Shown in pieces: positions 29,750 through 39,223 of a stretch of DNA of 64,000 bases; within the stretch, counting starts at the first letter, position 1, and every line of letters begins with the position of its first letter. The translations under genes were made by a program, and so were the position numbers. Under the pieces are notes generated by a model. The model was not told the DNA's origin, did no database searches, and saw only the letters and a program-made list of their open reading frames with translations. Location of the stretch: the NCBI RefSeq assembly GCF_900539325.1, contig NZ_UQCC01000003.1; one strand, 5' to 3'. The stretch is from an uncultured Eubacterium sp. Lineage in GTDB: Bacteria; Bacillota; Clostridia; Oscillospirales; Acutalibacteraceae.

Positions 29750-29806
29750 TATAAACAGAAAAAATAAAAACGAAGTGCGAAAACACCGTTTACCGCAAGG
29801 TGTTTT
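29750..29806 (-). terminator. Intrinsic terminator of glnA, lying immediately upstream of the amt RBS.
   Basis: Minus-strand hairpin agtgcaaaacacc/ggtgttttcgcact followed by UCGUUUUUAUUUUUU. Confidence 0.75.
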
Positions 29807-29985
29807 GCACTCCGTTGTGCTAAAGATTAGTGCCAATGCCACAGCCGATTAAGACTGCGGCATTGACCGTACAGCATATAAATGCCATAAGAGAGGGTTC
29901 GCTAAGCGAACCTTGCCCGATATTTCTACCGGACAAGCCGCAATTTACAGGTAACCTGTCTTACCTATAAAACATTTTGGTATGA

Positions 29986-31332
29986 TTAATAGTTAATCAT
30001 ATATCTGTTGATTTCCCATTGAGATACAGCAGTCTTATAAGAATTCCATTCTTCCTTTTTACCTTCAATGTAGTTATTAAATACATGGTCACCGAGAGTT
30101 TCCTTAATGAACGGATCTTCCTCTGCTGCCTTAATAGCTTCTTCAAGAGAACCAGGAAGACAATCAATGCCTGCTGCTTCCTTTTCTTCATCAGAAAGTT
30201 CAAATACATTTTCATCAAATGCAGGAGCCGGCTTCAAACCTTTTTTGATACCGTCAAGACCTGCTGCAAGGCAAAGAGCCATTTCAAGATATGGGTTGCA
30301 AGTTGGGTCAGGACAACGAAGTTCAACTCTTGTACCCTTACCGCGAGCGGCAGGAATACGAACAAGTACAGAACGGTTTGATGTTGACCATACAAGATAT
30401 GACGGAGCTTCGTAGCCCGGTACAAGTCTTTTGTATGAGTTTACTGTTGGGTTTGAAATAGCCGCAATAGCTTTAACATGAGCCATAATACCTGCAATGA
30501 ATGAATAAGCTGTATCGCTGAGTTCAAGATCACCGTTTGGATCATAGAATACATTTTCACCTGTCTTTAAATCATAAAGTGACATATTGGTGTGCATACC
30601 CGAACCGTTGATACCCTCAACAGGCTTTGGCATAAATGTTGCATGAAGGCCGTGCTTTGTAGCATAAGTCTTTACAACATGCTTAAAGGTCATAACTCTG
30701 TCGGCTGTTGTCATAACATCGCCGAACTGGAAGTCAATTTCGTGCTGACCCTGAGCGACCTCGTGGTGAGATGCCTCAATGGTGTAGCCCATTTCTTCAA
30801 GTGCAAGGCAAATATCACGACGGCAGTTTTCGCCATGGTCGATAGGGTTGAGGTCAAAGTAGCCTGCTTCGTCGCCTGTTTCAAGAGTAGGAAGACCGTT
30901 TTCGTCAAGTTTGAAGAGGAAGAATTCACATTCAGGACCTACATTGAAGCCGTAGCCCATTTCTGCTGCTTCATCAATAACCTTTTGGAGAACATTTCTC
31001 GGGTCGCCCTCAAAAGGTGTAACATTGTCTGCTTTATATACAGAACAGATAAGTCTTGCTGTCTGTGCGTTAAGGTGTTTTCTCCAAGGGAAAATTGCCC
31101 ATGTATCAAAATCAGGATGTAAGTACATATCGGATTCATCAATTCTTACGAAACCGTCGATTGATGAGCCGTCGAACATACAATCATTGTTAAGTGCCTT
31201 TTCAAGCTGTGATAATGTGATGGCAACATTCTTCATAATACCAAAAAGGTCGGTAAACTGAAGTCTTATAAACTGTACGCCGTTTTCTTTTGCTTCTTTG
31301 AGGATGTCCTCTTTTGTGTATTTACTCATCAT
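29986..31332 (-). CDS. glnA: Glutamine synthetase type I.
   Basis: GS catalytic motifs and an overall GSI-alpha-like sequence. RBS GGGAG plus ATGATG at 31332. The track ORF starts 11 codons upstream. Confidence 0.95.
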   Translation of the reverse strand: MMSKYTKEDILKEAKENGVQFIRLQFTDLFGIMKNVAITLSQLEKALNNDCMFDGSSIDGFVRIDESDMYLHPDFDTWAIFPWRKHLNAQTARLICSVYKADNVTPFEGDPRNVLQKVIDEAAEMGYGFNVGPECEFFLFKLDENGLPTLETGDEAGYFDLNPIDHGENCRRDICLALEEMGYTIEASHHEVAQGQHEIDFQFGDVMTTADRVMTFKHVVKTYATKHGLHATFMPKPVEGINGSGMHTNMSLYDLKTGENVFYDPNGDLELSDTAYSFIAGIMAHVKAIAAISNPTVNSYKRLVPGYEAPSYLVWSTSNRSVLVRIPAARGKGTRVELRCPDPTCNPYLEMALCLAAGLDGIKKGLKPAPAFDENVFELSDEEKEAAGIDCLPGSLEEAIKAAEEDPFIKETLGDHVFNNYIEGKKEEWNSYKTAVSQWEINRYMINY

Positions 31333-31347
31333 AAATACTCCCTTCTC

Positions 31348-31438
31348 TATAATATAAAAAGACAAGGCGTCCCGAAAAATCGGAACGCCTTTGTTCTAAC
31401 TACAATGTCATTATATCCCTGCAATCTGCCGTTGTCAA
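31348..31438 (-). promoter_or_regulatory. glnA promoter and leader: consensus TTGACA-N17-TATAAT (minus strand; -35 at 31433-31438, -10 at 31410-31415), then a terminator-like hairpin (31364-31392) and U-tract directly before the RBS.
   Basis: Exact hexamers with a 17-nt spacer. Leader hairpin aaggcguuccg-auuuuu-cgggacgccuu (9/10 bp) followed by gUCUUUUUAUAUUAU. Confidence 0.6.
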
Positions 31439-31527
31439 CAAAATACGGGATATTTATTCAACTTTGTAAAAATTCAACGGTCGACCTTTAATTTTCAACC
31501 GTCCTCTTTGTGAAAATTATACAACAA

Positions 31528-32736
31528 TCAATTCAAGTCCAAAAACTCTTCGCCGATAATTTTCTTTGAAAGGTCGGTAAAGTACTTTACGCTTGCACCG
31601 TCCTTTGCTTGGTCGGACGCAATATCATCCGTATAATCGGACAGTCTGTAAACCGAAAATTTGTATCCGTTGCCGGTGTTGTGGTAAAAATCAACAACAG
31701 GTGCAAGCTTTGCAGAGGTCACCTGAACCTTGCCGTCAACCCTTTCAACCGTGAGTTCTGCCATACCGCCGCACATTTGATTGAGGTTGGTTTGGTGTGA
31801 AATAAAGTTACCGATTGAGTAATAAACAATCATTTTTTTACCCGTAGCCTCATTTGTAACCCATTCAACAGGCTGAAGAACATGAGGATGCGTACCGATG
31901 ACAATATCCGCTCCGCCGTCAGAGAATATTTTTACATACTTCTTTTGAAGGTCGTTAATCTCGTGACTGTTTTCTGTGCCCCAATGAGGGAATACAATCA
32001 CGCAGTCAGCATTTGCACGGGCTGTTTTGAGGTCTGCCTTAACTTTATTCTCGTCAAGCATATCAACGCACCACGGCTTATCCTCGGGAACAGAAATACC
32101 GTTTGTACCATAGGTGTAATTGAGAAGTGCAAACTTAATGCCGTTTTTCTCATAATATGTAATTGTATTATACTCTTCCTCGATTTTGTTTGTACCGATG
32201 TGAACAACTTCGGGATGCTTTTCAAAAAATTCGCATTCCTTTTCTATGCCGGCAAATTTTTGCACATCAAGAGAGTGATTGGTAGCACAGGTAAACACAT
32301 CAAATCCGGCATTGACAGCCGCCTCTCCGACCTCCCAAGGAGTGTTGAAAAGCGGATAGCCTTGATAATCAAAATCCGAACCGCCAAGCATGGTTTCCTG
32401 ATTTATGCACGCAATATCGGCAGATTTAATATATCCCGAAATATTCTCATAAAATGAAGAATAATCAAGACTTCCGTCATCCTGCTTGCCTGCATCAATC
32501 AAAGTATTGTGAATAAGATTGTCACCCACAGCCACCAAGGTAACTTTTGTATCCTGAGATTGAGTTTGACTTTCGGTGACTGCCGCTTTTGTAGCGGTTA
32601 CAGTAGGATTTGTTTTGTCCCTGTTTGCCGTTACCCTGCCGCTTATTACAAGACCGATAAGAACGGCAACGGCAATGCAAACGGGAATTATAATTGCCAA
32701 AAGATTACCGTTTGATTGTTTTTTCTCTTTAGCCAT
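31528..32736 (-). CDS. CapA/PgsA-family metallophosphoesterase-like protein, N-terminally membrane anchored.
   Basis: 402 aa. N-terminal TM. Motifs VAVGDNLIHN and IGTHPHVLQP typical of CapA (poly-gamma-glutamate synthesis protein family). Confidence 0.65.
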   Translation of the reverse strand: MAKEKKQSNGNLLAIIIPVCIAVAVLIGLVISGRVTANRDKTNPTVTATKAAVTESQTQSQDTKVTLVAVGDNLIHNTLIDAGKQDDGSLDYSSFYENISGYIKSADIACINQETMLGGSDFDYQGYPLFNTPWEVGEAAVNAGFDVFTCATNHSLDVQKFAGIEKECEFFEKHPEVVHIGTNKIEEEYNTITYYEKNGIKFALLNYTYGTNGISVPEDKPWCVDMLDENKVKADLKTARANADCVIVFPHWGTENSHEINDLQKKYVKIFSDGGADIVIGTHPHVLQPVEWVTNEATGKKMIVYYSIGNFISHQTNLNQMCGGMAELTVERVDGKVQVTSAKLAPVVDFYHNTGNGYKFSVYRLSDYTDDIASDQAKDGASVKYFTDLSKKIIGEEFLDLN

Positions 32737-32782
32737 AATTAATCACCTAAATACATTGATTAATATCTATAATCAAAAGTTT

Positions 32783-33859
32783 TTACGCAGCAACAAAGGT
32801 GTAAATTACATATGCAAGGTATCCCAAAAGAGATACAACACCCTGCCAACGCTGAAGTTTTTTTGTAAATATTGTAGGGATAACCGCAATGATAACAGCT
32901 ACCACGCAAATAATCATATCAAATACAGAACCTGCCGATACAGCAAGTGCACCCTGACCCTTGCCCATAGAAACAAATGAGCAGATAGGAAGAATAAGCG
33001 CAAGGTCGATAATGTTTGCACCGAGGATGTTACCTACCGAAAGAGCACCTTCCTTTTTACGAAGAGCGGTGATTGTTGTAACAAGTTCAGGAAGCGAAGT
33101 ACCGATAGCAACTGCAATAACGCCGATTACTCTTTCGCTGATGTGCATTTCCTTAGCAATTCTTGTACCGCCGTTGATGAGAAGCTGTGCACCTACAACA
33201 ATGCAAACCGCGCCCAAAACGAACATAACAATATTTTTAACCCAGTCACCTGCTGTTGCGGTTGACTTTGTAGGAACAACATCGTCCTCTTCCTGCAAAC
33301 CGATACCGTGAGGGTCCGGTTCAATCTGAACCGAACTTTTTTTCATAGAAATAAAGTTTTCGATAAAGAAAGCAATGAAAATTGCAAAAAGCACAACAAC
33401 ACCGACAGTTGAAAGTGTGTGATACTTACCCTCGAGACCCGGAACCTCAACAATACCTGTAAGGCCCGAACCGAGAGCAAGAGCAACAGCCGCCGCAAGC
33501 ATCATAAGACCCTTAGGGGCAAACTCTTTTCTCTTTACGGCAAAAGGCATACACACAATAAATATACCCATAATCATAGCCGTGTTGGCAGTTACGGAGC
33601 CTACTGCATTGCCCGATGCCATATCAACCTTACCGTCAACAGTTGCAACGATTGATACAATCATCTCAGGAAGAGTTGTGGCAACCGATACAATAGTTGC
33701 ACCGATAATAAACTTAGGCACACCGAGCACTTCCGCAATCCAGCTTGCACTGTCTACAAACCAGTCGCCGCCCTTGATAATAAAGATTAGACCTACAACA
33801 AATAAAGCAACAACAATGCCTATATTTGCCGTCTCAAAAAAATTCGACAAAAATTCCAT
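32783..33859 (-). CDS. Ca2+/Na+ (CaCA family) cation antiporter.
   Basis: 358 aa. Two alpha-repeat signatures GATIVSVATTLPE and GTSLPELVTT. Confidence 0.85.
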   Translation of the reverse strand: MEFLSNFFETANIGIVVALFVVGLIFIIKGGDWFVDSASWIAEVLGVPKFIIGATIVSVATTLPEMIVSIVATVDGKVDMASGNAVGSVTANTAMIMGIFIVCMPFAVKRKEFAPKGLMMLAAAVALALGSGLTGIVEVPGLEGKYHTLSTVGVVVLFAIFIAFFIENFISMKKSSVQIEPDPHGIGLQEEDDVVPTKSTATAGDWVKNIVMFVLGAVCIVVGAQLLINGGTRIAKEMHISERVIGVIAVAIGTSLPELVTTITALRKKEGALSVGNILGANIIDLALILPICSFVSMGKGQGALAVSAGSVFDMIICVVAVIIAVIPTIFTKKLQRWQGVVSLLGYLAYVIYTFVAA

Positions 33860-34039
33860 ATTTTCTCCTAATAATCCCTAATCCAAAATAGAGTATATAT
33901 TATAATATTACCCAAACACCCATATAATACATACCAAAGCACAAATCTTTTTACAATACCAAAAAAAATATTAATAAGTACAGACAAATAAAAAGACGCA
34001 GGACAGGATATCCCTACCCATACGCCTTTTAAGTTTTAA

Positions 34040-34471
34040 TTATTCGTGATCGTGGTCACAGCAATCGCAGCCGCATTCGTCATCGTCATCGAATTCAACA
34101 TCGAATTCCAAAACTTCGCCGCAGTTAGGGCACTCAAACTTGCCCTCTTCGATAGTATCCATATCAACCATAATCTTTTCGTGGCATGTAGGGCATTCAA
34201 CCTCATACTCTTCTTCGTCATCATCACAACAATCGCAATCGCAGTCATCGTCATCATAAACAAATTCTTCAAGGTCTGCCAAATCTTCATCAACAGCGTC
34301 GATTTGATCGCCTACAAGTTCAAGGCCTTCTGTCATATCTTCCATATCTTCTGTAAGATTTTCAAGAACATCGATGATGGCATTGAATACTTTTGTTTCT
34401 TTTTTGTTAGGGTCCAAATCAAGACCGTCAATGAGGCCCTTGAGGTAGCCCAAGCTTTCTGATGTTTCCAT
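34040..34471 (-). CDS. Hyper-acidic small protein with a zinc-ribbon (CPxC...CPxC) and two Asp/Cys clusters (DDDDCDCDCCDDDEEE and DDDDECGCDCCDHDHE).
   Basis: 143 aa, about 40% Asp+Glu. CPTCHEKI...CPNCGEV. Lies immediately downstream of efp in the same orientation. Confidence 0.65.
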   Translation of the reverse strand: METSESLGYLKGLIDGLDLDPNKKETKVFNAIIDVLENLTEDMEDMTEGLELVGDQIDAVDEDLADLEEFVYDDDDCDCDCCDDDEEEYEVECPTCHEKIMVDMDTIEEGKFECPNCGEVLEFDVEFDDDDECGCDCCDHDHE

Positions 34472-34530
34472 AATTAATTCCTTTCGTAATGTTGAATTAT
34501 TATTTATGCAAATAAATTTTCAATCAATAA

Positions 34531-35088
34531 TTATGCTCTTTCCATGTATTCACATGTTCTTGTGTCAATTCTGATCATATCGCCTTCGTTGATGAAAAGA
34601 GGAACTCTGATTTCTGCACCTGTTTCAACAGTTGCAGGCTTGAGAGTATTTGTAGCTGTGTTACCCTTTACACCCGGCTCTGTGGCTGTAACCTGAAGAG
34701 TTACAAATGTAGGTGGTTCTACGCCGAAAACCTTGCCCTTGTAAGACAAAATTTTGCATACATCATTTTCTTTAACATAACGGAACGAATCAGGTAAATC
34801 AGCCTCTGATACAGGAACCATATCAAAAGTTTCATTATCCATAAAATAATAAAGTCCGTCATCATTGTATGAATACGCCATATCTTTTCTTTCAATATAA
34901 GCTGTAGGGAATTTGGCAGTTGGGTTGTAAGACTTTTCAACTACCGAACCTGTAATAACATTCTTTGTCTTTGTTCTGACAAAAGCGGCACCCTTGCCCG
35001 GCTTTACATGCTGGAATTCTACAACCTGCAATACATTGCCATCTTCTTCAAAGGTAACTCCGTTTCGGAAATCGCCTGCACTAATCAT
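34531..35088 (-). CDS. efp: Translation elongation factor P.
   Basis: 185 aa. [12 protein letters not shown] loop with the modifiable Lys and an overall EF-P-like sequence. Confidence 0.95.
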   Translation of the reverse strand: MISAGDFRNGVTFEEDGNVLQVVEFQHVKPGKGAAFVRTKTKNVITGSVVEKSYNPTAKFPTAYIERKDMAYSYNDDGLYYFMDNETFDMVPVSEADLPDSFRYVKENDVCKILSYKGKVFGVEPPTFVTLQVTATEPGVKGNTATNTLKPATVETGAEIRVPLFINEGDMIRIDTRTCEYMERA

Positions 35089-35125
35089 TAATTTATACCT
35101 CCGTATATAGTTTTACTTTTTTATT

Positions 35126-35560
35126 TTATAATATTTCGCACAATAAATCAATACCCATTTTGTAACTATCTTTGCCAAAGCCCGAAATTTGTTTTACGCA
35201 AACATCGGTTATAACGGAAATTTTGCGAAAATCCTCTCTTTTATGAATATCGCTCATATGAACTTCAACAAAAGGAGTGTAATCGGCAACAGCTTCGATA
35301 GCGTCACGAATGGCATAAGAATAATGTGTATAAGCACCTGCATTAAGGACTACACCGTCATATTTATCCTTGCTTTCGTGGATAACATCAATAAGCGCGC
35401 CCTCGTGATTTGACTGATAAAAAGACATCTCGCAGCCCTTGCTTTCACCGTAAGCTTTAAGCTCGGCATTTATATCGGCAAGAGTTTCTGCTCCGTACAC
35501 ATTCTTTTTCCTTATTCCGGTCATATTGAGATTAGGACCGTTCATAACCAAAATTTTCAT
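35126..35560 (-). CDS. aroQ: 3-dehydroquinate dehydratase type II.
   Basis: 144 aa. MKILVMNGPNLN and the AYTHYSYA motif. Confidence 0.9.
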   Translation of the reverse strand: MKILVMNGPNLNMTGIRKKNVYGAETLADINAELKAYGESKGCEMSFYQSNHEGALIDVIHESKDKYDGVVLNAGAYTHYSYAIRDAIEAVADYTPFVEVHMSDIHKREDFRKISVITDVCVKQISGFGKDSYKMGIDLLCEIL

Positions 35561-35583
35561 ATTACTGTGCTCCTGACTGAACT

Positions 35584-35616
35584 GTAAAAAAAGAGTGACA
35601 AGCTGTCACTCTTTCT
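35584..35616 (-). terminator. Intrinsic terminator of rpsU, placed directly in front of the aroQ RBS.
   Basis: Minus-strand hairpin aagagtgacagc/ttgtcactctt followed by UUUUUUU. Confidence 0.75.
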
Positions 35617-35624
35617 ATGTACTC

Positions 35625-35801
35625 TTATTTGTACTTTCTCTTACGAGCAGCTTCGCTCTTCTTCTTACGAGCTACTGAAGGCTTTTCGTAATGTTCTCTC
35701 TTTCTTACTTCTTGGATGATACCATCACGAGATGTCTGGCGCTTAAATCTGCGAAGTGCGCTGTCAAGAGATTCATTCTCTTTAATTTTTACCTGACTCA
35801 T
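35625..35801 (-). CDS. rpsU: 30S ribosomal protein S21.
   Basis: 58-aa protein [58 protein letters not shown]. It is below the track's 60-aa threshold. RBS GGAGGGAGGG. Confidence 0.9.
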   Translation of the reverse strand: MSQVKIKENESLDSALRRFKRQTSRDGIIQEVRKREHYEKPSVARKKKSEAARKRKYK

Positions 35802-35847
35802 TGTATTCCCTCCCTCCGACCTTCGGGGGTTATTTGATAAATTTCAT

Positions 35848-35876
35848 ATATCGCAAAGATTATAATAAATTAATCT
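35848..35876 (-). promoter_or_regulatory. Consensus sigma-A promoter for rpsU (TTGACA-N17-TATAAT on the minus strand).
   Basis: Exact hexamers; -35 at 35871-35876 and -10 at 35848-35853. Confidence 0.65.
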
Positions 35877-35951
35877 CATATTGTCAAGCATTTTGTAAAA
35901 TTAAATTTGAAAAAATAAAATTTTGTCACAAATTGCTAAAATATAGGCGTT

Positions 35952-37232
35952 TTAACGGCATTTAACCGACTTCAACGAGCTCCAATTGCCGTATATTTTT
36001 TCGCCGTCATAAGAAGTATAGCCTCTTACTCTTATGTAATAATACTTGCCTTTTTTCAAATTTTTCCGTGTATAAGACAATTTATTCTTATTTGTAATTG
36101 TCTTTGTAATCACATTTGATTTGAAATTTTTGCTTGTTGAAAGCTGAAGCTGATAACCCGTACACGAACCTGAAAGCTTTTTCCACTTTGTAACAATCTT
36201 CTTTGAACCTGAAGAATAGGCAGATTTGATTGCTTCCTTTTGAGGCTTTGAAGCTGTCAGAACGGGCGTTGAATAATCACCCTTTGAATTACCGGAATAC
36301 GCACAGACCTTAATTTCATACACATTACCAGGGTCAAGACCTGCAATGTTTGTATCTGAATCGGTAACGGTTTTGCTGAAGTTTGTGCCCTTGGTTTGAT
36401 TGTTTACGGCAACAAAATATTTAGTTGCTTCATCAACCTCATCCCATTCAAAATCAATCTTATTACAAGCCTGTCCGGTAACGGTAAGTCCTGTTACTTC
36501 AAGCTCGTCTGCCGAAACATCCGGCTCTTCTCCGGGTGTATCATCATCAGGGATAATGGCTGTATAAAGTCTGTCATAATTTTTGTAATGGCTTATGCTG
36601 ATACCGATACCGCCTGAGCCCGAAACCTTCATTGTGCTGTAAAAAATCGCATTTAGCGAATACAGAGTGTCGTCATCACTATATATAGTCCGTGTCGGAT
36701 TTTCCCTCATACTCTGCCAATAAATTGTGTCAACGTGGCACATACTTGAACTGTACTCGGCTGTGGAATAATTTGAATGATAAATTTTCATCATCTGTGA
36801 ATCGATATATTGAACAACAACCGTGTGTTTTTTACTTACAGAGCTGTTAAGAGCACCATAATGAACGATATCACCGGCAACGGCGTTTGTTATAAAGAAA
36901 TCAATTACATCATTAACGAACTGTGAATCCGGAGTTGTTTTTGGGGATGTAAATGTACCCGATGTAACATAATTGCCGCTGTTATGCTTTACCTGATAAT
37001 TATTATACAGCCCCTCGGCATACGGAACACCGTAAAGCCTTTTGCACACTTCGGAAGCAAAGCCATAGCAATTACGCTGAACTATTGAATTTTCTCCCGG
37101 AACAAAGCCCGATACGGTTTGTATATCTTCAAGTTTATCCGTAGCGGTGCCGTTGGCATATACTGCGGTTGAACCAATCACGGACAAAACAACAATAATC
37201 ACTGATAAAAGAACAGAAAATGCTTTTTTCAT
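35952..37232 (-). CDS. Secreted protein with an N-terminal putative CHAP/NlpC-P60-like Cys-His hydrolase domain and two C-terminal fibronectin type III-like domains.
   Basis: Signal peptide MKKAFSVLLSVIIVVLSVIGSTAVYA. Candidate catalytic Cys in QRNCYGFASEV and His in GDIVHYG. FN3-like beta-rich repeats at the C-terminus. Own promoter TTGACC-N17-TATAAT at 37260-37288. Confidence 0.5.
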   Translation of the reverse strand: MKKAFSVLLSVIIVVLSVIGSTAVYANGTATDKLEDIQTVSGFVPGENSIVQRNCYGFASEVCKRLYGVPYAEGLYNNYQVKHNSGNYVTSGTFTSPKTTPDSQFVNDVIDFFITNAVAGDIVHYGALNSSVSKKHTVVVQYIDSQMMKIYHSNYSTAEYSSSMCHVDTIYWQSMRENPTRTIYSDDDTLYSLNAIFYSTMKVSGSGGIGISISHYKNYDRLYTAIIPDDDTPGEEPDVSADELEVTGLTVTGQACNKIDFEWDEVDEATKYFVAVNNQTKGTNFSKTVTDSDTNIAGLDPGNVYEIKVCAYSGNSKGDYSTPVLTASKPQKEAIKSAYSSGSKKIVTKWKKLSGSCTGYQLQLSTSKNFKSNVITKTITNKNKLSYTRKNLKKGKYYYIRVRGYTSYDGEKIYGNWSSLKSVKCR

Positions 37233-37294
37233 AAAACCCTCCTATCGAAAATCCTAAATATTATAGCACAAATGCAGATAAAGGTCAAATTTTG

Positions 37295-37332
37295 ACAAAA
37301 AAAGACAAGCAAGCGTAATTCCTGCCTGTCTT
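37295..37332 (-). terminator. Intrinsic terminator of the anti-sigma gene, overlapping its stop codon.
   Basis: Minus-strand aagacaggcagg/cttgcttgtctt (12 bp, 2 G-U pairs) followed by UUUUUUU. Confidence 0.6.
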
Positions 37333-39223
37333 ATTTTAACTCGAATGAAGATACATCCAAATTATTATCGACAACATAATAGTAGTCGTCAATATAAGTA
37401 ACCCTTGTATTCATACCGCCGTAAGAAGTTATTTTAAGCTTTGCCTTGTAATTTTCTTTTTCTACAATTTTACCGGCTTTAACAGATACGACAATAGCAC
37501 CCTTTTGAGTACCCTTGACATTTACAATAGGAACGGCATAATACCCTTTTTCCTTATTTTCAACAAATGCTTTAGGGTTATACTGTGCCTCACTTGACAA
37601 ATCCTTATACACTTTTTCGTCAAGAACTTTAGGTTCAAGAGAATTTGAAACATCAAACAACACAAATTTTAACCCGTCGATAACTTCAACATCATTATCA
37701 AAATAGGTGTTATATCCCACACCGAGAAGTTGATCGTCGCCGACATTTACAAGCATAGACGAAAAGCCGTCAATTTCAACATTACCCATAAATTTCGGTT
37801 TTTTAACATTTGACAAATTTATAATAAAAAGCGGGTCCGTTTGCTCATATGTGATTACATATGCGTAATCATCAACATATTTAACCGCCTTTATACTTTC
37901 ACCCTTTGCAAAAGGCTCTGACTTATAGATTTGCTTTAAATTTGAATCAAGCACATAAAGATAATTATAAGTTTTATCCTTTACCGTTTCTGTTGCAAAA
38001 ACACAAAGATGATTGTCTTTTTCTGCAAAAGAATATCGGCTGTCAACCGTACCGTTGATTTTTACATAATCACAAAACTTAACTCCGTTTTTAAGCGAAA
38101 TTTTTGCAATTGTAGTATTAGGCTCTTTACCGCTATAATCACTGCCGTAAACATAAAGATAATCCTTGTTACCATAAACCTCACCGCCGCAACCGAGCAC
38201 AGCTTTGGTTGTGCCGATTATTTCACAAGTATTTACATCAAGAGCAGTTACCACAATATAATCGGTACCGACTCCGTTTTTTGCATAATAAATATCCTTG
38301 GCGTTCAATTTTTCACTGTCACCCTCACCCGAACAGGTTAAAGGAACATAATTTTTTGAAGAGTTGATACTATAACTTGATACGATATAAAAAGTGTTGC
38401 CTACAAGCCTTGATGAAGTATAATATCCCGATTGTTCAAACGAATTGATTTCGGTTGGATTTTCAACATCACTTATATCATAAACTATTGCCTTGGTTGC
38501 ACTTTCTGCACCGGCAATTTTTTCCTCAACGGTTGAGCCGTAAAAACTTGTACAATTCACCACAAGTTTGTCATCGGATACAAACATATCCTCAATAACG
38601 CTGTTAACATCGTCAAGTTCAATAGTGTTTGCAACAGTTGATTTTCCTTTTTTTGTTTCAATCACATTTATTGTGCGTTTATCAATACCGCTTTTTTCAT
38701 CAAATGATTGATTGAGATAATAAATATCTCTGCCGTTAGTTTTGATAATATCGGCCTCGTCAACGCCTTTTTCCTGAACATAGGTTTCGGCACTGTCAAA
38801 ACTGTCTGCTTTTGTCGATTGCGAAGCATCCATATATTCAACAAGTTCCGGCGACACGGCTGATTTTATCCTTGACTTTATTGCGTTTTGTTTTTCCTTT
38901 TTTTGACTGTCCTCAATATATTTTTTTACATTTTTGTAATTATCAAAATTTTCAAGTTGTGTCGCAGAAGAAGGCGAATTGTCATCCGACTTAATTCTGT
39001 AATCTATATCAGACACATTCACGGTTGTAATAACCATAACAAAAACGGCGATGCACGCCGCTATACTAATGCCTGCCTTAAAAGCAGGTTTTTGCCTATA
39101 CTTAATTCTGACAGGGCGTACATTATTGAGTTTTGATTGCACTCTTTTGTCGAGTTCATCGGGCACATTAACCCGTGCTTCATCAAATTGTGATTTGATG
39201 AAATCAAAATCATTATTTTTCAT
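37331..39223 (-). CDS. Putative anti-sigma factor: short cytoplasmic N-domain, one TM, and a large extracytoplasmic beta-propeller-like domain.
   Basis: The ATG at 39223 overlaps the ECF sigma stop by 11 nt. TM GISIAACIAVFVMVITTV. The roughly 560-aa extracellular part has repetitive Y/G/D-rich beta strands. Confidence 0.55.
   Translation of the reverse strand: MKNNDFDFIKSQFDEARVNVPDELDKRVQSKLNNVRPVRIKYRQKPAFKAGISIAACIAVFVMVITTVNVSDIDYRIKSDDNSPSSATQLENFDNYKNVKKYIEDSQKKEKQNAIKSRIKSAVSPELVEYMDASQSTKADSFDSAETYVQEKGVDEADIIKTNGRDIYYLNQSFDEKSGIDKRTINVIETKKGKSTVANTIELDDVNSVIEDMFVSDDKLVVNCTSFYGSTVEEKIAGAESATKAIVYDISDVENPTEINSFEQSGYYTSSRLVGNTFYIVSSYSINSSKNYVPLTCSGEGDSEKLNAKDIYYAKNGVGTDYIVVTALDVNTCEIIGTTKAVLGCGGEVYGNKDYLYVYGSDYSGKEPNTTIAKISLKNGVKFCDYVKINGTVDSRYSFAEKDNHLCVFATETVKDKTYNYLYVLDSNLKQIYKSEPFAKGESIKAVKYVDDYAYVITYEQTDPLFIINLSNVKKPKFMGNVEIDGFSSMLVNVGDDQLLGVGYNTYFDNDVEVIDGLKFVLFDVSNSLEPKVLDEKVYKDLSSEAQYNPKAFVENKEKGYYAVPIVNVKGTQKGAIVVSVKAGKIVEKENYKAKLKITSYGGMNTRVTYIDDYYYVVDNNLDVSSFELK

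Noticed and set aside
30019-31261. Plus-strand ORFs antisense to glnA (e.g. 30592-31122, 176 aa)
   Set aside because: Shadow ORFs. glnA identity on the minus strand is unambiguous.
31333-31440. Glutamine riboswitch (glnA RNA motif), T-box leader, or ANTAR dual-hexaloop target upstream of glnA and in the glnA-amt spacer
   Set aside because: The leader is too short and lacks the conserved cores. The hexaloop of the first spacer hairpin (GACAGG) does not fit the ANTAR A1/G4 pattern. I kept these only as generic attenuator candidates.
34046-34462. 138-aa plus-strand ORF antisense to the acidic zinc-ribbon gene
   Set aside because: A mirror-image ORF created by the low-complexity GA-rich codons of the acidic gene. 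It is Ile/Phe-rich junk with no RBS. The minus-strand gene sits in the efp operon context.
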